The notes: generated by a model from the sequence alone, not told the origin. Numbered from the stretch's first letter, positions 33,028 to 44,184 are shown. The stretch: DNA of 64,000 nt from Dehalococcoidia bacterium (GCA_965261355.1 CBDHDK010000002.1:2456-66455); one strand, 5' to 3'. A program made the numbers and translations.

Positions 33028-35802
33028 ATGGTTGTTGAGGCTCAGGCGGCGCAAATGGTGTACCGGTTTAGCGAAGGGGACGCCTCGATGGGGGACCTTC
33101 TGGGCGGCAAGGGAAGCAATCTCTGCGAGATGACGCGGCTGGGGCTGCCGGTCCCTCCGGGGTTTGTCATCACAACGCAGGTCTGCCGCGATTACCTAGC
33201 CGGGGACTATACGCTGCCCGAGGGGCTGGCGGCGACCGTCCGCGAACGCATTGTCGAGCTTGAGAAATCGATCGGGCACGATTTCGGCTCGGCCACGAAC
33301 CCGCTGCTGGTGTCTGTGCGGTCGGGTGCGCGCATCTCGATGCCCGGGATGATGGACACCATCCTGAACCTGGGCATCAACGACGAGATCGTCGATGGAC
33401 TGGGTGCGATGATGGGCGACCTCAGGCCGGCCTGGGACGCCTACCGCCGCTTCGTCCAGATCTACGCCGAAGTGGTGCAAGAGGTTGCGCCGGAACCTTT
33501 CGAGGAATGCCTGGCGGAGCACAAGGCACGAGCGGGTGTGGATCTGGATTTCCAGTTGACGGCCGAGCAACTACAGGCGGTAACCTCCGACTTCAAGGAG
33601 ATTGCACGGGAGTCCGCCGGGGCACCCCCGCCCAATGACCCATGGGAGCAGCTTTTCGGCGCAGTGGAAGCGGTGTTCCGGAGCTGGAACAACCCCCGGG
33701 CCACCGTGTACCGCAACCAGTACGGCATCGACCACCACATGGGAACGGCCGTGACCATCATGGGCATGGTGTACGGGAACCTGGGCCCGACAAGCGGGAC
33801 CGGAGTGCTGTTCACACGGGACCCGTCAAACGGGCGTCGCGAGGTGTACGGAGAGTTCCTGAGGAACGCGCAGGGCGAGGACGTGGTGGCCGGGGTACGC
33901 ACTCCCGAGCCGCTGTCGGCGCTGGCCGGAGCGATGCCGGAGCGGTCGAAGGAACTGCTGACGCTGGCAAACAACCTGGAAAAGCATTACCGCGACGTGC
34001 AGGACGTGGAGTTCACCATCGAGCAGGGGCGGCTGTACCTGCTACAGACGCGAAACGCCAAGCGCACACCGCTATCGGCGGTGAAGACGGCGGTGGACAT
34101 GGTGCGGGAGGGGATGATCAACCGTGAGGAGGCTCTGAAGCGGGTGGACGCCGAGGAAATCACGCGGCTGCTGGTGCCGCAGTTCGCCGCCGATATGTCG
34201 CCGAACGAACTGGACGAGAGACTGCTGACCACGGGAGCTGCGGCTTCGCCGGGGGCGGCGTCGGGCCGAGTGTGCTTCGACGCGGACGTTGCGGAAGACC
34301 TGGCCCGAAGAGGCGAGCAGGTCATCCTGGTGCGGCCGGAAACCAAGCCGGACGACATCCACGGCATCATCGCGTCGGCCGGGGTGGTCACCAGCCGCGG
34401 AGGAGTGACGAGCCACGCAGCAGTGGTGACGAGGGGGCTGGGGAAGCCTTGCATAGTCGGCTGCGAGGGGATGCAGGTCGACCTAGAACAGAGGGAGATG
34501 AATGGCAACGGGCTGACCGTCAAGGAAGGAGAGCGGGTCAGCATCGACGGAGCCCTGGGGCGGGTGTACACGGGGGAGCTGGCCACGGTGAACCCGAGAC
34601 TGGAGGACCTGCCGGAAGCGAGCGAGTTGCTGCGCTGGGCGGACGAGACGCGCCGGCTGGGCGTGATGGCCAACGCCGATACGCCGGCCGACGCCAGGCA
34701 GGCAATCGTGATGGGCGCGGAGGGCATCGGATTGTGCCGTACGGAGCACATGTTCCTTGACCCGAACCGCCTACCCGCGGTCCGACAGATGCTGCTGAAC
34801 TCGGAGGCGGCGGAAGAGTGGCGGCGGGAGCACGGAGACCTGCATGTCGATCCGCTGGCCAATCCGTTCATGAACCCGGAAGTGTCGGACATCCCGTCGG
34901 CAGTCGTCGACTTCTACAAGGCCCTGGACCGGGTGAAACTGCTGCAGACCAACGACTTCAGGGGAATACTGCGGGTGATGTCGCGCAAGCCGGTGATCAT
35001 CCGGCTGCTGGACGCGCCGCTGCACGAGTTCCTGCCGCCGTACGAGGAATTGCTGACGGAAGTAGTGACGCTCAGAGCAACGAGAGCGGATGCGGTTCTG
35101 GTCTCGGAGAAAGAATCGTTCCTGCAGAGGGTGGAGTCGCTTCGTGAGACGAACCCGATGCTGGGGCATCGCGGTTGCCGGCTGGGGCTGTCGTTCCCGG
35201 ACATCTACAGGATGCAGGTGGAGGCAATCATTACGGCCGGGGCACAACTGGTCCAAGAGGGCGTCGAGGTCCATCCGGAGATCATGATTCCGCTGACGGT
35301 GGACGTGGAAGAGATGCGGAGGCTGCGGGCCGACCTGACGCGGGTTGCCTCGTTAGTGCAGGAGCAGATGGACGTCGAGGTGCACTACAAATTCGGGACG
35401 ATGGTGGAGACACCTAGGGCGGCTCTGACGGCGGGGGCAGTGGCAGAGGAGTCGGAGTTCTTCAGCTTCGGCACCAACGACCTGACGCAGATGACATACG
35501 GTTTCAGCCGGGACGACGCCGAGGGGAAGTTCCTGCGAAACTACATCAACGAGGGAGTGCTGCCAGCGGACCCCTTCGCCACCATCGACCGGGACGGCGT
35601 GGGCGAGCTGGTGCGAATGGCGGTGAAGGCGGGTCGCAAGGTGCGGCCGGACCTGGAGATAGGCATCTGCGGCGAGCACGGGGGCGACCCGTCGAGCGTG
35701 GCCTTCTGCCATGAGGCGGAATTGGACTACGTGAGCTGCTCGCCCTTCCGGGTGCCGGTGGCGCGGCTGGCAGCGGCGCAGGCGGCGTTGCGAGACAGCT
35801 AA
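33028..35802 (+). CDS. ppdK: pyruvate, phosphate dikinase
   Basis: ..GGKGSNLCEMTRLGLPVPPGFVITT.., the phospho-His region ..TSRGGVTSHAAVVTRGLGKPC.., ..GLCRTEHMF.., ..CGEHGGDP... The track start TTG 33022 is also possible. Confidence 0.95.
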   Translation: MVVEAQAAQMVYRFSEGDASMGDLLGGKGSNLCEMTRLGLPVPPGFVITTQVCRDYLAGDYTLPEGLAATVRERIVELEKSIGHDFGSATNPLLVSVRSGARISMPGMMDTILNLGINDEIVDGLGAMMGDLRPAWDAYRRFVQIYAEVVQEVAPEPFEECLAEHKARAGVDLDFQLTAEQLQAVTSDFKEIARESAGAPPPNDPWEQLFGAVEAVFRSWNNPRATVYRNQYGIDHHMGTAVTIMGMVYGNLGPTSGTGVLFTRDPSNGRREVYGEFLRNAQGEDVVAGVRTPEPLSALAGAMPERSKELLTLANNLEKHYRDVQDVEFTIEQGRLYLLQTRNAKRTPLSAVKTAVDMVREGMINREEALKRVDAEEITRLLVPQFAADMSPNELDERLLTTGAAASPGAASGRVCFDADVAEDLARRGEQVILVRPETKPDDIHGIIASAGVVTSRGGVTSHAAVVTRGLGKPCIVGCEGMQVDLEQREMNGNGLTVKEGERVSIDGALGRVYTGELATVNPRLEDLPEASELLRWADETRRLGVMANADTPADARQAIVMGAEGIGLCRTEHMFLDPNRLPAVRQMLLNSEAAEEWRREHGDLHVDPLANPFMNPEVSDIPSAVVDFYKALDRVKLLQTNDFRGILRVMSRKPVIIRLLDAPLHEFLPPYEELLTEVVTLRATRADAVLVSEKESFLQRVESLRETNPMLGHRGCRLGLSFPDIYRMQVEAIITAGAQLVQEGVEVHPEIMIPLTVDVEEMRRLRADLTRVASLVQEQMDVEVHYKFGTMVETPRAALTAGAVAEESEFFSFGTNDLTQMTYGFSRDDAEGKFLRNYINEGVLPADPFATIDRDGVGELVRMAVKAGRKVRPDLEIGICGEHGGDPSSVAFCHEAELDYVSCSPFRVPVARLAAAQAALRDS

Positions 35803-35808
35803 TCCCCA

Positions 35809-38709
35809 ATGCCCGGAGTAACCGCTCTGATGAAGCGGACCGCAATGATCGTCGGAGTGCTGGCCGTTGTAGCGCTGGCACTCCTTATTGTTGCGTGTGG
35901 GTCTGATCCCACCCCCACCGTGCCTGCAGCACCCGAGGCCCCACAAACGGTAGCGCCTGCGACTCCCGTGCCAACGGCAACGACCCCTCCGCAACCGACG
36001 GCGCAGCCCACGCAGGGCCCAACCCGGGCCGCGCCCGCGACGACGGCGGCTCCGACACCGGCGCCAACTCCCGAGGAGCCGGGGGAAGCCGATCCCAGCG
36101 ATGCTTACTTCGCGATAGACAGGGTGCTGGAAGTCAGTATCGAAATCGATCCCGACGACTGGGACACGCTACGGCATCAGACGCGGACGTTCGAGGAACT
36201 GATGGCGGAGATCGAGAAATACAACCTCTCCCAGCCCTTCGCCGACATTTACACATGGTTTCCCGCCACTGTGACTATTGACGGAGAGACTAATGCCGAA
36301 GTAGGAGTGCGCAAGAAGGGGTTCCTGGGATCCCAGAGCGACACCAAGCCGTCGCTGAAACTGCGGTACGACAAGTACGTGGATGGCCAGAGCCTGGGCG
36401 GCGTCATGGAACGGATGACCCTGAATAACAGCGTCCAGGACCCGTCGATGGTCAACACCTGCCTTGCGTACCAGGTTTTTGCCGCCGCCGGCAATCCCGC
36501 GCCGCGCTGCAATTTCGCCAACGTCACGGTGAACGGGATGGAACTGGGCCTGTACGTTCACGTGGAAGAACTGAAGAAACCGTTTCTGGCGCGGCACTTC
36601 GACAGCGCCGAGGGCAACCTGTATGAGGGGACGGTCAGCGACTTCACGTCGTCACATCGCGGCACGATGGAAAAGAAAACCAACGAAGACGAGGACGACT
36701 GGTCGGACGTAGATGCCATGGTGGCGGCGCTGCAGGACCCGTCGGATGCCGGGCTGGAGGCTCTGGGCGAATTGGTGGACCTCGACCGGTTCCTGACCTT
36801 CTGGGCAACGGAAGTGCTGGTTGGGCACTGGGACGGGTATGCAGGCGACCGCAACAACTATCACTTCTACCGGGAGCCGGATGGGAAGTTCGTGTTCATT
36901 CCGTGGGGGGTGGACGACGTATTCCACCTGAAGGACGACCCCAATCCCTTCGACCATGTTCTCGAGCCGCCGCCGTCGGTGCTCGCCCTCTCGGCCATCC
37001 CCAACCGGCTTTACAACCATCCTGAATGGCGGGCGAAGTACGTGGGGCGCTTGAAGGAATTACTGGACACCGACTGGAACGAGGACGCGCTGCTGGCAAG
37101 TGTGGATGCGATGGCTGCCATTCTGCAGGAACACGCCTTGCCGGAGGCAAAGGATGAGAGGGCCAGGGACACTGAACGGGTGCGGAAGTTCATCCTGAAA
37201 CGGAAGGGAGAGATACTGGCAGACCTCACACCGGAGCCGCCCCACTGGCCGGAACCGGAAGAGGCAGGAGCGACCTCAAACGAGTTCAATCTCGAAGCTT
37301 TTGAGGTGCGCTTTGAGACCACCTGGGGGTCCCACGTAAGCGCCAATCCGCTCGCGGAAGGAAAGGTTTACGGGTTGAACGAAGACGGGGAGTGGGTCGC
37401 ATCAGAGGGCGACGCCGGAGCCACCGCCGGCAGGGCCAGTCCTCAGGAGGAGACGGACATCGGTGTGAAGGATGCGGCGATGATCACCGTTATGGGGCTT
37501 TATCCTGACGGCACCATTCAGGGAGCCACTTTTTGGATGCCAGCTGACCGGATTGCCGCCGGAGTCGAATTGTCTATCGGCGTGGTCGCCGGGGTCGGCG
37601 GAGTTATCTGGCAGATACCCGCTGGCAAGTTCGAGCCCGAGGGGTTCGTTCCGGTCACCAGCGGCAGCATCGAACTGACCGAGGCCGACGCGGAGCCGGG
37701 CGCGGTCATCGCGGGACGTCTCTACGCAGGTTTCGAAGGCTCCACGGCTCAGGTGGGCGAAGGCGAAGCTGACGGAACGGAATCCGGCTCTCTGGAAGTA
37801 AGATTTGAGACCGCTTGGGGGACTAATCAGAGCGTCGACCCCTTCTCCGCGGGTGGCTCGGTTACCTATCTAGAACTCAGCGATATCGAGGAATCCGCCG
37901 AGGGTGTCGTTGCCATCGCCGGAAACGCTGGGCCGGATGAGCGGCTCCTACTGCCCGATGTGGCAGATGTAGCCTCTGTTGCCGTCTTCAGCCTGGAGGA
38001 AGACGGCTCCCTGACCGGTATGACCCTCGTGCTGCCCATATCCCAACTGACCGACGGCGCCACATTGGTTATGGGCGAGGACCATATCGCGGGCGGAATC
38101 TGGGCTATACCGCCGGGCGGCTCTGTGCCGGACTTCTTCCTGCCCTTCACCGCAGGCAAGCTGGAGTTGTCGGAAGCCGGGTCCAATGAGGGCGCGAAAA
38201 TTTCCGGCAGTTTCACCGGCACCTTCGGCGGCGCTGTTCCCCCAACGAGTGCCATGGAACCGATTGCGGAGACGGCAAACACCTGGCTAGTCATCAACGA
38301 AGTCGCCGCAAAGGGCGACCCACTGGACTGGTTTGAGATTTACAACTCCACCGACCAGCACATATCCCTGGCTAACTTCTTCGTGGCCGACGACCTGACC
38401 GACGTCGGCAAGCGGGTAGCATTCCCGACGAATTTGACGATCGCGCCGGGCCAGTATGTGCAGGTCGAGGTGAATAGCGACAATTGGGCCGGGTTCAATC
38501 TGGGAGGCGGCGAGGAGTTGGGCATCTGGACCCTCGCCGGTAGCGAAAAGGAGGGCTGGAGCACTGACGGTGACTTGGTGGACAGCGTAGGCTGGGATGA
38601 GGGCGACTCGGGAGAGGGAGAGAGCTTCGCTCGAGTGCCGGATGTGAGCGGCGAGTTCCAGACGGTCGGCAACCCCACTCCGGGGGCGGCGAATTCGGAT
38701 GGCAACTGA
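35809..38709 (+). CDS. lipoprotein with CotH kinase-like domain and C-terminal lamin-tail (LTD) domain
   Basis: Lipobox ..LLIVACGSDPTPT... CotH-like region ..VGVRKKGFLGSQSDTKPSLKLRYDKY..LNNSVQDPSMVNTCLAYQVF..VNGMELGLYVHVEE..GNLYEG... LTD-like region ..LVINEVAAKGDPLDWFEIYNSTDQHISLANFFVADD.. Confidence 0.7.
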   Translation: MPGVTALMKRTAMIVGVLAVVALALLIVACGSDPTPTVPAAPEAPQTVAPATPVPTATTPPQPTAQPTQGPTRAAPATTAAPTPAPTPEEPGEADPSDAYFAIDRVLEVSIEIDPDDWDTLRHQTRTFEELMAEIEKYNLSQPFADIYTWFPATVTIDGETNAEVGVRKKGFLGSQSDTKPSLKLRYDKYVDGQSLGGVMERMTLNNSVQDPSMVNTCLAYQVFAAAGNPAPRCNFANVTVNGMELGLYVHVEELKKPFLARHFDSAEGNLYEGTVSDFTSSHRGTMEKKTNEDEDDWSDVDAMVAALQDPSDAGLEALGELVDLDRFLTFWATEVLVGHWDGYAGDRNNYHFYREPDGKFVFIPWGVDDVFHLKDDPNPFDHVLEPPPSVLALSAIPNRLYNHPEWRAKYVGRLKELLDTDWNEDALLASVDAMAAILQEHALPEAKDERARDTERVRKFILKRKGEILADLTPEPPHWPEPEEAGATSNEFNLEAFEVRFETTWGSHVSANPLAEGKVYGLNEDGEWVASEGDAGATAGRASPQEETDIGVKDAAMITVMGLYPDGTIQGATFWMPADRIAAGVELSIGVVAGVGGVIWQIPAGKFEPEGFVPVTSGSIELTEADAEPGAVIAGRLYAGFEGSTAQVGEGEADGTESGSLEVRFETAWGTNQSVDPFSAGGSVTYLELSDIEESAEGVVAIAGNAGPDERLLLPDVADVASVAVFSLEEDGSLTGMTLVLPISQLTDGATLVMGEDHIAGGIWAIPPGGSVPDFFLPFTAGKLELSEAGSNEGAKISGSFTGTFGGAVPPTSAMEPIAETANTWLVINEVAAKGDPLDWFEIYNSTDQHISLANFFVADDLTDVGKRVAFPTNLTIAPGQYVQVEVNSDNWAGFNLGGGEELGIWTLAGSEKEGWSTDGDLVDSVGWDEGDSGEGESFARVPDVSGEFQTVGNPTPGAANSDGN

Positions 38710-38793
38710 GGGCGAAGTAAGCCGGGAGATGTCAGCGAGAAACCGCTATAATCACCGCGTTCCCATTGCTGAGAAAGATCTAAGGAGCGAACC

Positions 38794-39963
38794 GTGGTAG
38801 CAACATCCGCAGAGGCACGTTCCCAGATTGTGGCGCTGGTGCGCGATTTCGTGCGCCGGGAGGTGGAACCGGTGGCCGCCGAACTGGACCGGGAAGACCG
38901 GGTGCCTCACGACCTGATTGACCAGATGAAGGATCTGGGACTATTCGGAATCACGGTGCCGGAAGAGTACGGAGGGCTGGGACTGGATTACACCACCTTT
39001 GCCAGCATCTTCGAGGAACTAAGCATGGGCCTGATGAGCCTCAGCGGGGCCATCGGGACGCATCACATCCTGACCTACGTGCTAACACACTACGGCACCG
39101 AGGAGCAGAAGGAGCGTTTCCTGCCCGACCTGGCCTCGGGGCGTAAGCGGGGCGGACTGGCGCTGACCGAACCGGGCGGCGGGACAGACGTGGCTAACCT
39201 GCAGACCACGGCCACCAAGGACGGCGAGGAATACATCGTCAACGGCTCCAAGATGTTTATCACCAACGGACGCTACGGCGATATGTTCTGCCTGCTGGCG
39301 CGCACCGACCGGGATATGGAGCCACGACACCGGGGGCTGAGCGCCTTCGTCATGGAGCGGGGCGAGCCGGGTTCGGGCTTCGAAGTGGGCCGCGACCTGG
39401 ACAAGCTGGGGTACCGCGGCCTGGACACCGTGGAGTTGAACTTCAACAACTATGCCATCCCCGCCGACAACCTGATCGGGGAGCAGGAGGGTGTCGGATT
39501 CGGCCATGTGATGAGCGGGCTGGAGACGGGGCGAATCAACGTGGCGGCGCGTGCCGTGGGCGTAGCGCAGGCGGCGTTCAACGCAGCCATCCGGTACGCG
39601 CAGCAGCGTGAGTCCTTCGGCAAGCCGATCTCCGAGCACCAAGCCATACAGCTGAAGCTGGCTGACATGGCTACCAAGATACAGGCGTCCCGTCTACTGG
39701 TGTACGACGCCGCCACCAAGAAGGACGAAGGCGGACGCATCGACGTAGAATCGGGAATGGCCAAGCTGTTCGCCAGCGAGGTTTGCGGCGAAGTGACCAT
39801 GGAGGCCATGCGGATCCACGGCGGTTACGGTTTCATCAAGGAGTCTCCGGTGGAAAGGTACTACCGGGACGCGCCTCTAATGATCATCGGTGAGGGAACA
39901 AACGAGGTCATGCGGCTGGTGATTGCGCGTCAGCTGCTGCGGAGGCCGGAGTACCAGATCTAA
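38794..39963 (+). CDS. acyl-CoA dehydrogenase
   Basis: ..GGLALTEPGGGTDVANLQTTA..YIVNGSKMFITNG.., ..QRESFGKPI..HQAIQ.., ..YYRDAPLMIIGEGTNEV.. Confidence 0.9.
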   Translation: MVATSAEARSQIVALVRDFVRREVEPVAAELDREDRVPHDLIDQMKDLGLFGITVPEEYGGLGLDYTTFASIFEELSMGLMSLSGAIGTHHILTYVLTHYGTEEQKERFLPDLASGRKRGGLALTEPGGGTDVANLQTTATKDGEEYIVNGSKMFITNGRYGDMFCLLARTDRDMEPRHRGLSAFVMERGEPGSGFEVGRDLDKLGYRGLDTVELNFNNYAIPADNLIGEQEGVGFGHVMSGLETGRINVAARAVGVAQAAFNAAIRYAQQRESFGKPISEHQAIQLKLADMATKIQASRLLVYDAATKKDEGGRIDVESGMAKLFASEVCGEVTMEAMRIHGGYGFIKESPVERYYRDAPLMIIGEGTNEVMRLVIARQLLRRPEYQI

Positions 39964-40007
39964 AGGGCATAAAGTAAAGGCTCTGAACAGCACAAAGGGG
40001 TGCAAGG

Positions 40008-40874
40008 ATGAAGCCAGCGAAGTTCGACTACTATGCTCCAACGACCCGGGACGAGGCGCTGGAACTACTGGGGCAGCACGGGTACGACGCCAAGGTGCTG
40101 GCGGGTGGCCAGAGCCTGATGCCGATGATGAACCTGCGCCTGGCGCGACCGGCGGTGGTGGTGGACATCAACCGCGTGGACGGCCTCTCGGGGATCGCCA
40201 GCGACGGCGGAGGACTGACTATCGGGGCAATGACCCGGCAGCGACAGATAGAGCGGTCGTCCGAGGTAAGTGCGAGGTTTCCGGTAATCTCTGCGGCGAT
40301 ACCGCACATCGCACACTTCCAGATACGGAACCGCGGAACGATCGGCGGTAGCCTTGCACACTCGGATCCGGCAGCAGAGATTCCCGCGCTATGCGTAGCA
40401 CTGGACTCCGAAATAACGGCGGCCAGCAGCAGTGGAGAGCGGACCATAGCGGCCGGAGACTTCGCGCAGGGGGTGCTCACAACGGCGCTGGAACCAGAGG
40501 AGCTTCTGACGCAGGTCCGGCTGCCAGCACTGGACGGGGATGGAGAATGGCGCTGGGGGTTCCGAGAAGTGTGTCGCCGGGACGGGGATTTCGCGCTGGT
40601 GGGAGCGATTGCCTTGCTGCGGGTAGGCGGCGGGGGAGTGTGCCAGGAAGCGCGTATCACGATGTTCGCGGTGGGCGACGGCCCGATGCGCATGTCCGAG
40701 GCCGAGGCCTCGCTGTTGGGAAAGGTCGTAGATGCCGATGCTCGGGCCGAGGCTGCTGTGCTGGTATCGGCGGCGGTAGATCCCGGATCGGACATACACG
40801 CCTCGGCCGAATACCGCAAAGAAGTGAGCGGAGTGATGGCGCGGAGGGCATTGGAAGACGCCTGTTCGGGCTGA
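40008..40874 (+). CDS. FAD-binding medium subunit of a xanthine dehydrogenase/CODH-family Mo-hydroxylase (CoxM-like)
   Basis: MKPAKFDYYAPTTRDEALELLGQHGYDAKVLAGGQSLMPMMNLRLA.., ..IRNRGTIGGSLAHSDP.. Confidence 0.85.
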   Translation: MKPAKFDYYAPTTRDEALELLGQHGYDAKVLAGGQSLMPMMNLRLARPAVVVDINRVDGLSGIASDGGGLTIGAMTRQRQIERSSEVSARFPVISAAIPHIAHFQIRNRGTIGGSLAHSDPAAEIPALCVALDSEITAASSSGERTIAAGDFAQGVLTTALEPEELLTQVRLPALDGDGEWRWGFREVCRRDGDFALVGAIALLRVGGGGVCQEARITMFAVGDGPMRMSEAEASLLGKVVDADARAEAAVLVSAAVDPGSDIHASAEYRKEVSGVMARRALEDACSG

Positions 40875-40969
40875 TCGATGTTCCGGGTTTCTTGACACGC
40901 TAGGGTAAGAGCCAGCAACACAGGATTCGAATACGCTAGCCCAGCATCGGCACAGGGGGATGACCCGAG

Positions 40970-41437
40970 ATGACGCCACTGATCGACATCCAGATGACGG
41001 TAAACGGACGGGAGTACACAGGGAGGGTGGAGCCAAGGCTCACGCTGGCCGATTTCCTCCGCAACGAACTGGACCTGACGGGCACCCACCTGGGCTGTGA
41101 GCATGGCGTGTGCGGGGCCTGCACCATATTGGTGGACGGCGAGGCGGTGCGGTCGTGCCTTCTGCTGGCAGTGCAAGCGGACGGAGCGACGCTAATGACG
41201 GTGGAGGGGCTGGCCAACGGCGACGAGCTTCACCCGTTGCAGGCAGCGTTCCAGGAGAACCACGCGCTGCAGTGCGGGTTCTGCACACCCGGGTTCCTGA
41301 TGACCGCCTACGCGTTCTTGCGGGACAACCCCAACCCGAATGAGGCGGAAGTGCGCAACGGCATCGGCGGCAACATCTGCCGGTGCACGGGATATGTGCC
41401 GATCGTGAAGGCGATCATGGATACAGGGACAGTGTAG
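40970..41437 (+). CDS. (2Fe-2S)-binding small subunit (CoxS-like)
   Basis: ..GCEHGVCGACTILVDG.., ..LQCGFCTPGF.., ..NICRCTGY.. Confidence 0.9.
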   Translation: MTPLIDIQMTVNGREYTGRVEPRLTLADFLRNELDLTGTHLGCEHGVCGACTILVDGEAVRSCLLLAVQADGATLMTVEGLANGDELHPLQAAFQENHALQCGFCTPGFLMTAYAFLRDNPNPNEAEVRNGIGGNICRCTGYVPIVKAIMDTGTV

Positions 41438-41484
41438 GAGCCTCACTTTCCTGAACTACGACCTTCTTTACCTGAAGGCAGCTA

Positions 41485-41785
41485 ATGACAACGACCGAGC
41501 AGAAGCTGATAACCGCCGAAGAGCTGCTGCCGCTTTCCCGGGGAGAAGGCAAGCGGAATCAAGCCTCCCAGCAACTCCAACCCTTAGATGGCAGCCTAGG
41601 CCCAGATGTGGCCGTGCTACGGTTCGCAATTGGCAATAGTCCCTGACCCGGACACCAGCACCGGCATCGCCTACAGGCCCAACGCCGAGCCGATCAGTTT
41701 CGGTGAAGATGATGTTTTGGACATCGAGAATCTGCAGCCGGGCTTCTCAACGCAGGTGTGGAGGCTGTTCCGAAGACGACGGTAG
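41485..41785 (+). pseudogene. internally deleted, frameshifted Uma2-family (DUF820) endonuclease relic
   Basis: N-terminal-like MTTTEQKLITAEELLPLSRGEGKR..GPDVAVL.. ends in a stop. In another frame the C-terminal-like AYRPNAEPISFGEDDVLDIENLQPGFSTQVWRLF is followed by TAG at 41783-85. The total is far shorter than a full Uma2 gene. Confidence 0.5.
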
Positions 41786-41809
41786 ACCAACGTCCGATAG
41801 GAGCGCGCA

Positions 41810-44162
41810 ATGGAAGGACACGAGCATGTAGTACGTCCAGAGCTGGCCCGCATGGTGCGAGGGCGAGGACGGTTCGTGGACGACGTCAAGCTGCCCGGGA
41901 TGTGCTTCGCGGCCTTCGTGCGCAGCGATTATGCCCACGCCAACATCAAGGCGATCAACGTCGAAGAGGCGTTGAAGATACCGGGGGCAATCGGCGTCAT
42001 CACGCCGGAGGAAGTGCTGCCGCACGTGAACCCGGTGCGACCGGCGGCGCCCGGTTCCAGTGAGTTCGCGCGTCCCTATGACCGGTTCCAGATGCCGCCG
42101 GGGAAGGTGACCTTTGTTGGCGATCCAGTCGTGGCGGTGGCAGCCGAGACTGCCCACGCGGCTCAGGACATGGCGGAAGCAGTTATCGTTGAGTACGAGC
42201 CGCTACCGGTGGTGGACGGGGTGGAGACGGCTCTCGCAGAGAGTGCGCCTGTCATTCACGCCGGCATGGAGGACAACATCGTCTTCTATCGCGAGTTCGG
42301 CGGCGGCGACGTGGAGCGAGCATTCCGGCAGGCGGATCTTACTCTGGATAAGACCTTCAACTTCCCGCGGCAGACTGCGGTCCCGATAGAGACTCGCGGA
42401 GTGGTTGCTCACTACGACCGGGGAGAAGAGCGGCTGTCGGTGTGGACGTCCTGCCGGTCGCCTCACCTGGTGCGAACCACCATCTCCAACGTGATGCGTT
42501 TGCCGCAGCACGCTGTGCGGGTGATATCGCAGGACGTGGGCGGCGAGTTCGGAATCAAAGGGGCGGCCTACCCGGAGAGCATCATACTGGGGTTCCTGTC
42601 GCGGAAGATTGACCGGCCGGTGAAGTGGGTCGAAGACCGAATGGAGAACCTGCTGGCCTGCGGACACGCTCACGAGATGGTGATTGAGGTGTCGGTGGCC
42701 GCGGCGAACAACGGGCGAATTCTGGGCATTGACGCGAAGGTGCTGGTGGACCAGGGAGCGCACACCCTAGGGCCCACCTCGGCGAGGCTCGAGCCGATGA
42801 CAGCTGGGCAGTCAATTGTCGGGCCATACCGGATTGATAATTTTCGATGTAACTCCTACGGCGTCCTGACCAACAAGTGTCCCGGCGCCGCCTACAGGGG
42901 AGTTGGCACGGTGCAGGGCGTATTCGTCATCGAGCGGGTGATGGACATTATCGCGGCCAAGCTGGGGCTGGATCCGGCCGACGTTCGGATGAAGAACTTC
43001 ATTCAGCCTGAAGACCAGCCATTCAACACTTCGGCGGGCCGGCTGTATGACAGCGGAGACTATCCCGAAACGCTGGCGAAGCTGCTGGAAGTTTCGGAGT
43101 ACGAGAAGATGAGGGCGGCGCAGGCAGAGGCACGGGAGAGGGGCGAACTGGCCGGCATAGGCATCTGCTGCTTCGTGGAGCACTCCAGCACCGGCTCGCA
43201 GGACTACCACAAGAGGGGCGTTTACGGGCTTCCCGCCTTCGATTCTGCCACGGTGAAGGTGGATGCGGGCGGCAACATAATGGTGGCGGTGAGCGCCAAA
43301 TCCACAGGGCAGAGCCACGACAGCGTCTTCGCCCTGCTGGTGGCGCGCGAGCTTGGGGTTCCCTATGAAACGGTGAAGATCCTTGGAGGGAGACACCGAC
43401 GCGGTGCCCTTCGGGTCGGGTACGGGAGTCAGCCGCAGCGCCGTGAGCACGGGCGGCGCCATCCGGCTGGCGGTGCGCGACGTGAAGAACAAGGCGACCG
43501 AGATCGCCCGTTTCTTCATGGAGGGGGAAGCGGGAGAGCTGGAGATTTCAGAGGGGAAGATATACGCCATCGGGGACCCGTCCCGCAGCGTCGCGTTCGC
43601 CGCAGTAGCCGCCGCGGCCCACGACGCATCGCGGATCGTCTCGCTGCCGAAAAGCATCGAGCGGGGGTTGCAGGCAACACGCACTTTCGACCCGCCACAC
43701 CAGACCTTCGGCCACGGCGCGCACATGGCCTTTGTCCGCGTCGATCGGGAGACGGGGATGGTGAAGGTGGAGGACTACGTGTGCGTGGAGGACTGCGGCA
43801 CCATCATCGACCACGTCATCGTCGACGGACAGGTGGTGGGCGCCGTGGGATTAGGCATCGGCAACGCGCTGCACGAGGAGCCGGTGTACGACGGAGACGG
43901 CCAATTGCTGACCGGCACGTTCATGGACTACCTGGTGCCGACTGCCCCGGACATACCGGACATCCATACCACGCACACGGAGACGCCTTCACCCTTCACG
44001 GAAGGCGGGGTGAAAGGCGTAGGGGAGGCGGGGACCGTTGGGGCATACACCGCCGTGGCGAACGCGGTGGCCGATGCGTTGCTGCCGCTGGGAGTGGAGG
44101 TGACACATCCACCGGTGGGGCCGCAGCGAGTGTGGGGGCTGATCAAGGGCGCGGAAGCCTAG
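41810..44162 (+). pseudogene. Mo-hydroxylase large subunit (CoxL-like, paralog 1) with a 1-nt frameshift near 43383-43386
   Basis: Frame 1 is credible up to ..ARELGVPYETVKIL and then turns into Arg/Gly-rich nonsense. Frame 2 (track ORF 43383..44162) continues EGDTDAVPFGSGTGVSRSAV... to a normal C-terminus. Skipping one nucleotide in ATCCTTGGAGGGAGAC restores KILEGDTD. Confidence 0.8.
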
Positions 44163-44184
44163 AAAGTCGTCCGGGCAGGAAATC

